The notes beneath the pieces were generated by a model. The model was not told the DNA's origin. It was given only the letters and a program-made list of their open reading frames with translations, and did no database searches. Made by a program: the position numbers and the translations under genes. From assembly GCA_002715825.1 (NCBI GenBank), contig PBAI01000011.1:9020-73019 (forward strand): a DNA stretch of 64,000 bases, read 5' to 3'. How positions within the stretch are numbered: the first letter of the stretch is position 1; each line of letters opens with the position of its first letter. This document shows, one piece after another, positions 48,926 through 57,885 of the stretch. Origin of the DNA: Roseibacillus sp. GTDB taxonomy: Bacteria > Verrucomicrobiota > Verrucomicrobiia > Verrucomicrobiales > Akkermansiaceae.

Positions 48926-51001
48926 CTATCTCTGCTCTGTTTTCCCGGAAGCGGGCAGGGCGAAGGCTACCAGCATCCCTCCGCGGGGTCGGTTGGATTT
49001 TCCTCCTCCGGCAGAGATGACCACGTATTGGCGTCCCTTTACCATGTAAGTGCTTGGAGTAGCGTTTCCTCCGAAGGGGAGCTTTGCTTTCCAGAGGAGC
49101 TTCCCGGTGTCCTTATCGAAGGCGCGGAAGGTTTCATCGGCGGTAGCTCCGATAAAGACGATTCCGCCGGCAGTGACAACCGGACCTCCGTAGTTTTCTG
49201 TTCCCGTTGGAGGAATCCCTCTAGCGGTGAGCTCAGGATACTCGCCGAGGATTACCTTCCACTTGATTTCCCCTGTGTTGAGATCGACCGCGTTGAGAGT
49301 GCCCCAAGGAGGCTTGATAGCGGGGTAGCCTTCCGGATCCAGATATCGGCGAAATCCGCCAAACGCGTAGGATGGTTGCCCGTCATTCTCAGATTGTTCT
49401 TCGCTGCGCGACGGCACATTGAGGACATAATCGAGAATAGCCTTACGCTTTGTCTCAGGCATTGAGGCGTAAGAGGGCATTCTTCCCGCTCCCTGCAGGG
49501 TGATTTTTTCAATTTCCGCCCGGGATTTTCGTTTTCCGATCCCAAGAAGAGGAGGAAATCCTGCGGCAAGATTGCCCTTACGATCAATTCCGTGGCATGC
49601 GCTGCAGTTGATCAGGTAGTCCCGCTCACCACCGACAAGCCCAGTGCCATCCGCTCGCTTCGTTTCGATCATCTGTACGATCCATGGCATCTCGTTGATG
49701 TTAACATAGTAGATGCCATCAGGATCTGCAGCTCCGCCGCCCCATTCCATTCCTCCATCGAAGCCCGGAAACATAATGGTCTCCTTCAAGCTGGGAGCAG
49801 GAAAGGGGCCAAAGTTGGGAGATGCCCGGATGCGGTCGAGAGTCAGTTGATAGGTGTCCGGAGAAATATTGGAGGCATCAGCCTCGGTGTAACGCTGGCG
49901 CATGAGCGGTGCAGGTTTGGTGGGGAATGGCTGGGTAGGCCATGCCTGTTCTCCGATGAGGTCTGATTGGGGGACGGGACGTTCCTCAATAGGCCAGAGA
50001 GGTTCTCCTGTGGATCGGTCAAAGACAAAAAGCAGTCCGTGTTTGGTCCCCTGTGCCACAGCATCAATTTTTTTCCCATGATGAGTGACCGTGAGGAGGA
50101 CGGGAGGGCATGCGAGGTCCTTATCGAGTAGATCGTGGTGGACGATCTGAAAGTGCCAGATCCTTTTCCCAGTTGCTGCATCGAGAGCGAGCAAGCAGTT
50201 GGCAAAAAGATTCATCCCGTGACGTTTTCCCCCGTAAAAGTCCGGCTCCGCTGTTTTAGTAGCCACATAGACAATGCCGCGTTCTTCGTCGAGAGACTGA
50301 CCGCACCAGGGCATGGTCCCGGTAGCGGTTTTCCATGCCTCTGGTGGCCATGTCTCGTATCCAACCTCGCCGGGGCGGGGAATGAGGTTGAAAATCCATC
50401 TACGTTTTCCAGTCCGGACATCGTAGGCGCGGACAGCGCCGACACCGCCCACACCTCCGACGATAACGAGGTCCTGGTAGACCACTCCCGGTGTATTAAG
50501 TCCCGAGCCGAGGTTGATGGATCCATTTTCTCCGAATTCCCGAATGGTTTTTCCGGTATCTGGATCGACAGCGAAAAGATGTCCTTTCACACCGGTAAGG
50601 ATTCTTCGCTCCTCTCCCTGATCATTTTCCCAGTATACCAGTCCCCGCTGTCGCTGCCGACCGCGTCCAGTCTTCTCCTGCCCGGGATCCCATTTCCATA
50701 TGACCTTTCCCGTCGCTGCGTCGAGAGCGAGAATCTCACGCGTCGCGGTCGGAGTATAAAGGATTCCCCGGATGATTAAATTGTTGGCCTGGTATTCCGA
50801 CTTGTGGCCTGTGTCATGACTCCATGCGACTTCCAGAGATTTGACATTCTTGCGGTTGATTTGCGTGAGGGGAGAGAAGAGGTCGCGCTCTTTGCCGCCG
50901 AGATAGACTGGCCAGTCCTGGGACTCCGGACCAGAGCGGCCCGCTGATGGCCACATGGCCACAAGAGCAGTCGCCCCGAATAAAGCGAGATGGGTATTCA
51001 C
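48926..51001 (-). CDS. PQQ-dependent dehydrogenase-like beta-propeller with an internal cytochrome c insertion
   Basis: 691 aa with a signal peptide. Quinoprotein-like repeats (ALDAATGKVIWKW, AVDPDTGKTIREF, ALDAATGKRIWHF, AVDLNTGEIKWKV, AFDKDTGKLLWKA). CSACHG plus GRMPSY, a class-I cyt-c-like motif pair, is encoded at about 49410-49640 between propeller blades. Confidence 0.75.
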   Translation of the reverse strand: MNTHLALFGATALVAMWPSAGRSGPESQDWPVYLGGKERDLFSPLTQINRKNVKSLEVAWSHDTGHKSEYQANNLIIRGILYTPTATREILALDAATGKVIWKWDPGQEKTGRGRQRQRGLVYWENDQGEERRILTGVKGHLFAVDPDTGKTIREFGENGSINLGSGLNTPGVVYQDLVIVGGVGGVGAVRAYDVRTGKRRWIFNLIPRPGEVGYETWPPEAWKTATGTMPWCGQSLDEERGIVYVATKTAEPDFYGGKRHGMNLFANCLLALDAATGKRIWHFQIVHHDLLDKDLACPPVLLTVTHHGKKIDAVAQGTKHGLLFVFDRSTGEPLWPIEERPVPQSDLIGEQAWPTQPFPTKPAPLMRQRYTEADASNISPDTYQLTLDRIRASPNFGPFPAPSLKETIMFPGFDGGMEWGGGAADPDGIYYVNINEMPWIVQMIETKRADGTGLVGGERDYLINCSACHGIDRKGNLAAGFPPLLGIGKRKSRAEIEKITLQGAGRMPSYASMPETKRKAILDYVLNVPSRSEEQSENDGQPSYAFGGFRRYLDPEGYPAIKPPWGTLNAVDLNTGEIKWKVILGEYPELTARGIPPTGTENYGGPVVTAGGIVFIGATADETFRAFDKDTGKLLWKAKLPFGGNATPSTYMVKGRQYVVISAGGGKSNRPRGGMLVAFALPASGKTEQR

Positions 51002-51056
51002 GTGGGGAGAGCTTAGGGAGAACTTGGACGAAAGGAGAATTTTTTAGTGTGATAAT

Positions 51057-51077
51057 AATTTGAGGTACTCTCAAATT
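51057..51077. promoter_or_regulatory. Candidate operator palindrome in a divergent promoter region
   Basis: AATTTGAG-gtact-CTCAAATT: perfect 8-bp inverted arms with a 5-nt spacer, in the 125-nt gap between the PQQ dehydrogenase (-) and the TonB-dependent receptor (+). It is preceded by GATAATAAT. Confidence 0.25.
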
Positions 51078-51126
51078 CAGCCCCGGGAATCGCTTTTTCA
51101 CGAAGTTGCACTAAACTAAGGCGGTC

Positions 51127-53259
51127 ATGAACCTCGAGTGCATGAAATCCCGGGGTGAAATAAAGCCTTTGGCTGTTCAATTCCTCACCGGACGCAGATT
51201 GATAATCCTCGGTCTCATCCTGAGTGGGAGTCAGAAAGCGTTGCCTTTCCCTGAGATTCTTCTCCTGCCGGAGACAAGGGTCACTGCTGAACGGCTCATT
51301 GAGGGGGATCAGGCAGCTGCTTTCTGGTCTACGGATGACATCTCCCTTGAGGCACCCCGAACCATCGACCAGATGCTTTCGGGTGAGCCTTCATTTTCAT
51401 TATATCGAAGACAATCATCTCTTTTTGGCAATCCGACCTCAGCAGGGGTGAGTCTCCGAGGGGTCGGTGCCAGTGCAGCGGCACGGACTCTTATTCTTCG
51501 GGATGGCATTCCCCAGAACGATCCCTTCGGGGGATGGGTCTCGTGGTCCCGGTATGCGCCTGGGTCCCTGAACTCTGCTCGTATTATTCCATCCGCGCAG
51601 GCCGCGGTATGGGGAAACCAGAGTCCTGCAGGAGTGGTGCATCTCACAGGAAATATCCCGTCGGGTCACTTGACGAGAATCCAGACCCACGCGGGAAGCC
51701 ATGGAACCCGCGGGTTGACCCTCCTGGGTAACAGAGAGAGCGATGATGCGATTCTGGCCACTCAAGCAACTGTTCACACCCTCGCCTCAAGCGGATTCTA
51801 CGGCTTAGCGAAAGACCAGCGTGGTTCCGTGGACCGTCGGTTGGGGTTGGCCACACGCAGTGCCGATTTCCGGGTCGTCTGGCGCCCAGATAAGGAGTTG
51901 ACCGTAGAGCCCTTCGTGTCCCTGCATTCAGAGCGGAGAGGTAACGGGACAGTTCTCTCCATGAATGCTTCCGAGGCTCTCGATTTATCAATTCGGGTCA
52001 CCAAAAACACACCATCCATCACGTGGCAGGGTCTGGCATATTACCAACGTCGTGACTTTGAGGCGCTTTTTGCAAAGGTCGCTGCGGACCGGGGAAGCGA
52101 GGTGCCTGCCCTTGATCAATTCGACGTTCCTGGCGAAGGAATTGGGGGCGGTTTTACTGCCGCCCTAAGTCCGGCAGAGCGAATGAAGGTTGTTCTCGGG
52201 GCAGATCTGAGGCGGTTGAGGGGCGAGACGAATGAGCTGGCAGGCTTTGTCGATGGGTCCTTTCTTCGACAACGAAGAGCCGGTGGCGAGCAACTGGTCG
52301 GGGGAGTTTTTCTGCGCGGAATTCATGAGGGGATTGCCACAGGTCTCTCCCTTGCGGGTAGTGCCCGGATCGATTACTGGGCCTTCAGGGATGGCGTGCG
52401 TATTGAGCGAAGGCCTGTGACTGGTGACCTGCTCCGCAATTCTTCTTATGGTGAACGGGATGGAACTGAAGCGTCAGTGAGTGGAACATTGCGATATCAA
52501 CTCGCCGAACCTGTTGGTATTCGTGCTTCTGTTGCCAGTTCATTCCGTCTTCCCACTATCAATGAACTCTACCGCCCTTTTCGAGTTCGTAATGATATTA
52601 CGGAGGCGAATCCCAGTCTCCGAACAGAGCGCTTTGATACCGTCGATCTCGGAATAGACTGGAGACCCACGCCAGAAATTTCTTGGGAGCTGAGCCTGTT
52701 TCATCATTGGATTGATGACGTTATTGCGAACGTTCCGATTTCCAACCCGGAGGAAGCTTCATCGGTTGCCGGGTTTGTTCCCGAGGGGGGATCTGTGGCT
52801 CAGCGCCGCAATGTTGATCATGCTCGAGTGCGGGGGGTCTCAGCTGCAATGCGCTGGAAGGTTTCTCCGCGGTGGACGGGTATCCTGAGATACCTGTTCT
52901 CGGAGTCGCAATTCAAAAAGTCACTGGAACAAGAGGAGATTGTGGGGCAGTCTTTTCCGCAGAGTCCTGAGCATAGTTTCATCGCGGCGATCAGGGGAAG
53001 ACCAATGAACGGGCTGAGAGTTTTTGCCGAAGTGGAACTAGGTAGCAGTCAGTTCGACGATCCCATGGGAGAGCGGCCGCTCGGGTCCTGGTGGACGGCC
53101 CGACTTGGGGGAGAATTTGAGCTTGCCAGAGATGTGACGGTTCATGCCCGAATTGAGAATCTCTTTGATCGAGAGATCACCACTGGACTCAGCAGCGTCG
53201 GATTACGCTCTATCGGTCAACCCCGATCCTTCTGGATGGGAATGAACTATAGCTTCTAG
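51127..53259 (+). CDS. TonB-dependent receptor
   Basis: Plug-domain motifs (VSLRGVGASAAARTLILRDGIPQNDPFGGWV), a long beta-barrel region, and a C-terminal ...MGMNYSF with terminal Phe. Confidence 0.85.
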   Translation: MNLECMKSRGEIKPLAVQFLTGRRLIILGLILSGSQKALPFPEILLLPETRVTAERLIEGDQAAAFWSTDDISLEAPRTIDQMLSGEPSFSLYRRQSSLFGNPTSAGVSLRGVGASAAARTLILRDGIPQNDPFGGWVSWSRYAPGSLNSARIIPSAQAAVWGNQSPAGVVHLTGNIPSGHLTRIQTHAGSHGTRGLTLLGNRESDDAILATQATVHTLASSGFYGLAKDQRGSVDRRLGLATRSADFRVVWRPDKELTVEPFVSLHSERRGNGTVLSMNASEALDLSIRVTKNTPSITWQGLAYYQRRDFEALFAKVAADRGSEVPALDQFDVPGEGIGGGFTAALSPAERMKVVLGADLRRLRGETNELAGFVDGSFLRQRRAGGEQLVGGVFLRGIHEGIATGLSLAGSARIDYWAFRDGVRIERRPVTGDLLRNSSYGERDGTEASVSGTLRYQLAEPVGIRASVASSFRLPTINELYRPFRVRNDITEANPSLRTERFDTVDLGIDWRPTPEISWELSLFHHWIDDVIANVPISNPEEASSVAGFVPEGGSVAQRRNVDHARVRGVSAAMRWKVSPRWTGILRYLFSESQFKKSLEQEEIVGQSFPQSPEHSFIAAIRGRPMNGLRVFAEVELGSSQFDDPMGERPLGSWWTARLGGEFELARDVTVHARIENLFDREITTGLSSVGLRSIGQPRSFWMGMNYSF

Positions 53260-53321
53260 TTCTTTAAACAAGTTTGCACTTAGATCAAAAGGGGGGAATG
53301 ATCTGAAGGATCAATTAACCC

Positions 53322-54608
53322 ATGCTTATACGTCATCTTTTCTTTTTAGCAGCATTGTTGGTGCAACAGGGTAATCTTCCTGCAGGTAACTGGGGCCATT
53401 GGCGTGGGCCGACGGGGAACGGATCTTCTTCAGAGGCTCAGCCCCCGACAAATTGGGGAGAGGTCAAGAACGTCAGGTGGAAAGTTCCAGTCCCGGGCAG
53501 AGGATCGGGATCTCCCGTGGTTTGGGAAGATCGTGTTTTTGTTGTGTCGGCCGTTCCAACTGCAGGGAAGTCTGGTTTCGATGGGGAAAGCTTATCGAGG
53601 CTGGCGTTCAAACTATTTTGCTTCGATCGCAAGACAGGAAAGATCAGGTGGGAACGAACTGCGATTGAGGCTGTGCCGCATGAGGGAACACACTCAACCA
53701 ACGGGTTCGCCTCCGCTTCCCCTTGTACTGATGGTGAATTTGTTTATGCTCATTTTGGGTCCCGGGGGTTGTTCTGTTTCCGGATGGATGGAACTCCAGT
53801 TTGGAGGCGTACTGATTTTGGAAAAATGACTACTCGAAACGAGTTCGGAGAAGGCAGTTCGCCCACCATTCATGGTGACAGTATTCTCGTTCCGTGGGAT
53901 CATGATGGGCCTTCATCGCTGTATGCGCTGGACCGTCGGAATGGGAAGACTCTCTGGCAGGCGCGCAGGAAAGAAGAGCCAACCTGCTGGGCGACTCCTC
54001 TGGTTGTTGATCACGATGACGGTAAACAGGTGATAATGAATGGGCAGACCTGCGCGAGGGGATATGATTTTGCGACCGGAAAGGAACTTTGGCGGTGTGG
54101 AGGGCAAACTCAGAGGCCGGTGGCCTCTGCCGTGGCTATCAACGGCCTCGCTATTGTCGGGAGTGGCTTTAGAGGAGCCTTTATCGGGGCGTTCGACCTT
54201 GATGGGCGTGGTGATTTGAAAGGCACAAGGCGTGTTGTCTGGGACCGGGATCGCCACACCCCGGATATTGCTTCCCCGTTGATTTCAGGATCGCGTCTCT
54301 ATTACCACAGTGGCAAATCAGGAATGCTGACATGTCTCGATGCGGTCAGCGGTAAAGCTCACTACGTTACAGAGCGGGTGCCAGAGGTTTCCCGCACCTA
54401 TGCATCACCAATTGCGGCAGGAGGCTATGTCTACGTGACCGGTCGCAGTGGAACGACGGTCGTTCTGAGAGACAGCAAAAAGTTCGAAGTTGTCGGAATC
54501 AATACCGTGGGAGAGGGAGTCGATGCGACTCCGGCTCCAGCAGGTCGTGAACTCTTTATCAGGGGGGAGAGGCATCTGTTCTGTATTGGACGGAAAGAAG
54601 GCGAGTAA
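53322..54608 (+). CDS. PQQ-like beta-propeller repeat (BamB-like fold) protein, secreted
   Basis: Signal peptide. NWGHWRGPTGNGSS start and repeated blocks of the type D..TGK..W (DRKTGKIRWE, DRRNGKTLWQ, DFATGKELWR, DAVSGKAHY). Confidence 0.75.
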   Translation: MLIRHLFFLAALLVQQGNLPAGNWGHWRGPTGNGSSSEAQPPTNWGEVKNVRWKVPVPGRGSGSPVVWEDRVFVVSAVPTAGKSGFDGESLSRLAFKLFCFDRKTGKIRWERTAIEAVPHEGTHSTNGFASASPCTDGEFVYAHFGSRGLFCFRMDGTPVWRRTDFGKMTTRNEFGEGSSPTIHGDSILVPWDHDGPSSLYALDRRNGKTLWQARRKEEPTCWATPLVVDHDDGKQVIMNGQTCARGYDFATGKELWRCGGQTQRPVASAVAINGLAIVGSGFRGAFIGAFDLDGRGDLKGTRRVVWDRDRHTPDIASPLISGSRLYYHSGKSGMLTCLDAVSGKAHYVTERVPEVSRTYASPIAAGGYVYVTGRSGTTVVLRDSKKFEVVGINTVGEGVDATPAPAGRELFIRGERHLFCIGRKEGE

Positions 54609-54625
54609 GCTACGGGAGGATCCAA

Positions 54626-55312
54626 ATGGTAAAAGTAATAACAGCTGTATCTATTATTGCGATTTCGGGTGCCGCCCTCGCCAAGGACGAGAGGGCAGGT
54701 TTGCGGGATCGCCTCGAAAAAAGTGATGAGCCGAGGATACTTTTCGTGGGGAACAGTTATAGTTTCAAGCTTCCCAAGGTTCTCGCCAGAATAACGCAGC
54801 ATGGCGGCAGGCAGATTTTCGTTGAGGGGGTTACTCGAGGGGGGTGGACTTTGGAGAAACATGCGCGCTCAAACGAGACCCTGACCCGGATTCGGGACGG
54901 GAAATGGGATGTGGTGGTATTGCAGGAGCAGAGCCAGCGCCCCTCCTTCAGTCGTAAGCAACGAGAGAGGGATATGAATCCTCATGTGCAAATGCTAGCT
55001 GCAGAAATAAGGAGGTCCGGGGCTCTTCCAGTGCTTTTCCAGACTTGGGGCCGACGTGATGGAGATCGGGCTAACAGGGAAAGCTTTCCCGGCGATACCT
55101 TTGAAAAGATGCAGAAGCGACTGATTGCTGGCTATCACGAAGCCGCTGTGGTCGCAGGGCATGCTCTGATTGTGCCGGTTGGAGAAGCGTGGGCAGCAGA
55201 AGTGAAGAAGGGCAGAGGGCAGCGTCTTTTTGCGAAAGACGGAAGTCACCCGTCAGCTGCAGGAGTCGAGTTTTCAGCCCGGGTGTTCAACGACTTTTTT
55301 TTCGGAAACTGA
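54626..55312 (+). CDS. SGNH/GDSL-like hydrolase (DUF4886-like)
   Basis: Signal peptide. ILFVGNSYSF (block I-like), WDVVVLQEQSQ and a distal DGSHPS (Asp/His block). Confidence 0.6.
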   Translation: MVKVITAVSIIAISGAALAKDERAGLRDRLEKSDEPRILFVGNSYSFKLPKVLARITQHGGRQIFVEGVTRGGWTLEKHARSNETLTRIRDGKWDVVVLQEQSQRPSFSRKQRERDMNPHVQMLAAEIRRSGALPVLFQTWGRRDGDRANRESFPGDTFEKMQKRLIAGYHEAAVVAGHALIVPVGEAWAAEVKKGRGQRLFAKDGSHPSAAGVEFSARVFNDFFFGN

Positions 55313-55315
55313 AGA

Positions 55316-57703
55316 ATGCCGGAGAGAGAATCAACTTCGCTTCCGTATCCTAGAGAGGCCAGATCCGGCCTTGGGTGGCTGGTCCTCGTGGTGTGCGTCT
55401 TTTGTTCCATTGCAATTCAGGCAAGGGCAGGGGAAGGGGGGGTGGTCAGTGAATTCGAAGCAAGGATCAAGCCTCTACTCGAAGAGTATTGCTATGACTG
55501 TCATGGTGATGGTGCTTCTAAGGGAGATGTTTCCCTCGATGATCCGGTCAACGGAATTCATAATATGGAAAATCAGGAGCTGTGGTTGCGGGTCTGGAAG
55601 AATATGCGCTCCGACCTGATGCCGCCGGCAAAGAAAAGTCAGCCGAATGCCAACGAGCGTGAGGAGGTGATTTCATGGATTCAGGCCAAGGTCTTTGGGC
55701 TTGATCCAGCGAATCCGGATCCAGGAAGGGTGACCCTGCGCCGACTCAATCGCGTCGAATATGGCTACTCGATCGAGGATGTTCTGGGGGTAAAATTCAA
55801 TGTGAACGACGCGTTTCCTCCTGACGACACAGGCTATGGGTTCGATACAATTGGGGATGTCCTGTCGATTTCTCCCCTTCTCATGGAGAAGTATCTAGCG
55901 GTCGCTGAGCGTGTCATGGCTCAGGCGATTCCTCTCGAGGCCGGCCGGCCTCAAACTCTGAACCTTGATCCCGGACGCATGCGCAACGAGAAGAACCGCT
56001 CCCGGTCGGCTCGCTTCATGAGGGTGGGGAGTGCTCATCGAGCCGGCATTGTCTGGGAGGCCAAGACGGCAGGGAGGCACCGTCTAACGATCAATTACCA
56101 AGTGGTGGCGCAGAGCGGAGGTAAGAATGCAAATGCCACCTGGCGCGTTCTCGTGGACGACAAGGAACTGGCATCGCGCGCCATCAGTTTCGAAAACAGC
56201 AGGACGAAAAGCTTTGAGTTGGAAGTTCTCCCGGTAGTGAAGAAGGGTCCTCGTCGACTCGATTTTGAAATGGTTCCGGGGGAGGGCGCTACCAGTGAGA
56301 ATGTTCCTCTGGCAGTAAAGGTTCTCAGTGTGGGAGTCACCGGTCCATCCGGCTCAATCTCCTGGGATAGTTACCCCGAGAGCGTTCGGCGTATCATCGA
56401 TGGAGGTCCGCCGCCGGCAGAGATGGGAAATTGGGAGCAATACGCTCGAAAGATCCTTCGGCGTGTAGCAACGCAGGCGTATCGGCGTCCGGTGGAAGAT
56501 GAGACCCTTGATGGGCTCATCGCGCTTGCCCGGGTGAAGTGGAAGGCGGATGAGGAGTTCGTTGCCGGAATCCGCTTCGCCCTCACGGCTGTGCTGAGTT
56601 CGCCAGAGTTCCTGCTCCGCGGAGAGGCTACGGGCAGTGGGGAGGAGAGTATCACGGCTATTCCGCTCGATGAATACTCTCTGGCTACAAGGCTCTCATA
56701 TTTTCTCTGGAGTTCGGTGCCGGACCAGGCGCTTCTTGACGAGGCGGGTCGTGGGGGCCTGCGGGCAAATCTGCGCGCCAGTGTAGACCGCATGTTGGAT
56801 GATCCCAAAGCGGAGCGTTTTTTCCTTAATTTTGTCGGCCAGTGGCTTCAGATCCGTGAGCTTGATGGAAGGGTCTTCGACACGCCGCTTCTTCTCGGGA
56901 TAAAGGACGGCAACCGAGCTCGCCAGATCTTCAATCTCTACACGAGGCAGGATATGATGCGAGAGACTCAACTTTTCTTCGCTCATATCCTGAGGGGAAA
57001 CCGTCCTGCGGTGGAATTGATCAATGCGAATTACGCGTTCTTGAACGATCGACTCGCCACCTTTTACGGGGTGAAAGGATTCGAAGGAAAGGACTTCCGC
57101 AAAGTAAGTCTGGAAAATGACCCGCGGCACGGCGGAATCCTGACTCAGGGAAGCTTTCTGCTTACTACTTCGAATCCTGACCGTACTTCTCCAGTCAAGC
57201 GGGGGCTATACGTCCTTGATAATCTCCTTGGCGTTCCCCCGCCACCACCCCCGCCCAATATTCCTGCTCTTGAAAACGCCAGGGAGAAACTGGGTGAGGA
57301 CGCGACCGTGGAGGAGTTGATGGAGCATCATCGTGCGCAGCCACTCTGTCATTCCTGTCACGCAAGGCTGGATCCAATCGGCCTCGCCTTGGAGCGCTAT
57401 AATGCGCTCGGGCAGTGGCGTGAGGGAGATCGGTATGAGGTCTCTGGTTCGCTTGTGACGGGGGAGACGTTCAAGGGCGTTGAAGGTCTCCGCAAAGTAA
57501 TTTCTGGTCCCCGGATGAAGGATTTTCACCGATGCCTTACCGAAAAGCTGCTGACCTATGCGGTGGGCCGTGGAGTCGAATACTACGATGCGCCAGCCAT
57601 AGACGAGATCCTTCAGCAGGCCGAGGCTGCGGGAGGTGGCTTGCGGGACTTTATTTACGAGGTCGTGGAGAGTGTCCCGTTCCAAAAGCAACGAGCTCAG
57701 TAA
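55316..57703 (+). CDS. DUF1592/DUF1595/DUF1587/DUF1588/DUF1585 family protein with a Planctomycete cytochrome c motif
   Basis: CYDCHGDG N-terminal motif. RLNRVEY and FPPDDTGYGFD (DUF1587-like). LATRLSYFLWSS, FLLTTSNPDRTSPVKRG, a PPPPPPP run, CHSCHARLDPIG and LLTYAVGR blocks typical of this family. Confidence 0.85.
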   Translation: MPERESTSLPYPREARSGLGWLVLVVCVFCSIAIQARAGEGGVVSEFEARIKPLLEEYCYDCHGDGASKGDVSLDDPVNGIHNMENQELWLRVWKNMRSDLMPPAKKSQPNANEREEVISWIQAKVFGLDPANPDPGRVTLRRLNRVEYGYSIEDVLGVKFNVNDAFPPDDTGYGFDTIGDVLSISPLLMEKYLAVAERVMAQAIPLEAGRPQTLNLDPGRMRNEKNRSRSARFMRVGSAHRAGIVWEAKTAGRHRLTINYQVVAQSGGKNANATWRVLVDDKELASRAISFENSRTKSFELEVLPVVKKGPRRLDFEMVPGEGATSENVPLAVKVLSVGVTGPSGSISWDSYPESVRRIIDGGPPPAEMGNWEQYARKILRRVATQAYRRPVEDETLDGLIALARVKWKADEEFVAGIRFALTAVLSSPEFLLRGEATGSGEESITAIPLDEYSLATRLSYFLWSSVPDQALLDEAGRGGLRANLRASVDRMLDDPKAERFFLNFVGQWLQIRELDGRVFDTPLLLGIKDGNRARQIFNLYTRQDMMRETQLFFAHILRGNRPAVELINANYAFLNDRLATFYGVKGFEGKDFRKVSLENDPRHGGILTQGSFLLTTSNPDRTSPVKRGLYVLDNLLGVPPPPPPPNIPALENAREKLGEDATVEELMEHHRAQPLCHSCHARLDPIGLALERYNALGQWREGDRYEVSGSLVTGETFKGVEGLRKVISGPRMKDFHRCLTEKLLTYAVGRGVEYYDAPAIDEILQQAEAAGGGLRDFIYEVVESVPFQKQRAQ

Positions 57704-57885
57704 CGAAGGTTGCCGAGTGACTGCCGCCCAAAGGGCGTAATACCGGGCCAAACTTGAAGTTCTGACCTCTCGAGGATAGCGATTCATTTCCAATATGCCT
57801 CGTTGATAAAGCAACCCGCCCGCCACAGAAATCCCCTTGATTCTTAAGCCGAAAGCCCGGATTATCCTGAAGTAGAAGACTGGTT

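Noticed and set aside
51051-51069. A Fur-box-like sequence GATAATAATTTGAGGTACT upstream of the TonB-dependent receptor.
   Set aside because: Only the first 9 nt resemble the 19-bp Fur consensus (GATAATGATAATCATTATC); the remainder does not match. The adjacent perfect dyad is reported instead as a generic candidate operator.
51002-51126. A cobalamin or other riboswitch upstream of the TonB-dependent receptor.
   Set aside because: The whole intergenic region is only 125 nt and lacks the conserved B12-box-type sequence. It is too short for the known TBDR-associated riboswitch classes.
57237-57257. A run of seven consecutive proline codons (VPPPPPPPNIP) in the DUF1592-family gene.
   Set aside because: It looks like low-complexity DNA, but it sits in a block that I recall as characteristically Pro-rich in this protein family. 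It probably only implies EF-P dependence and is not a repeat or slippage site.
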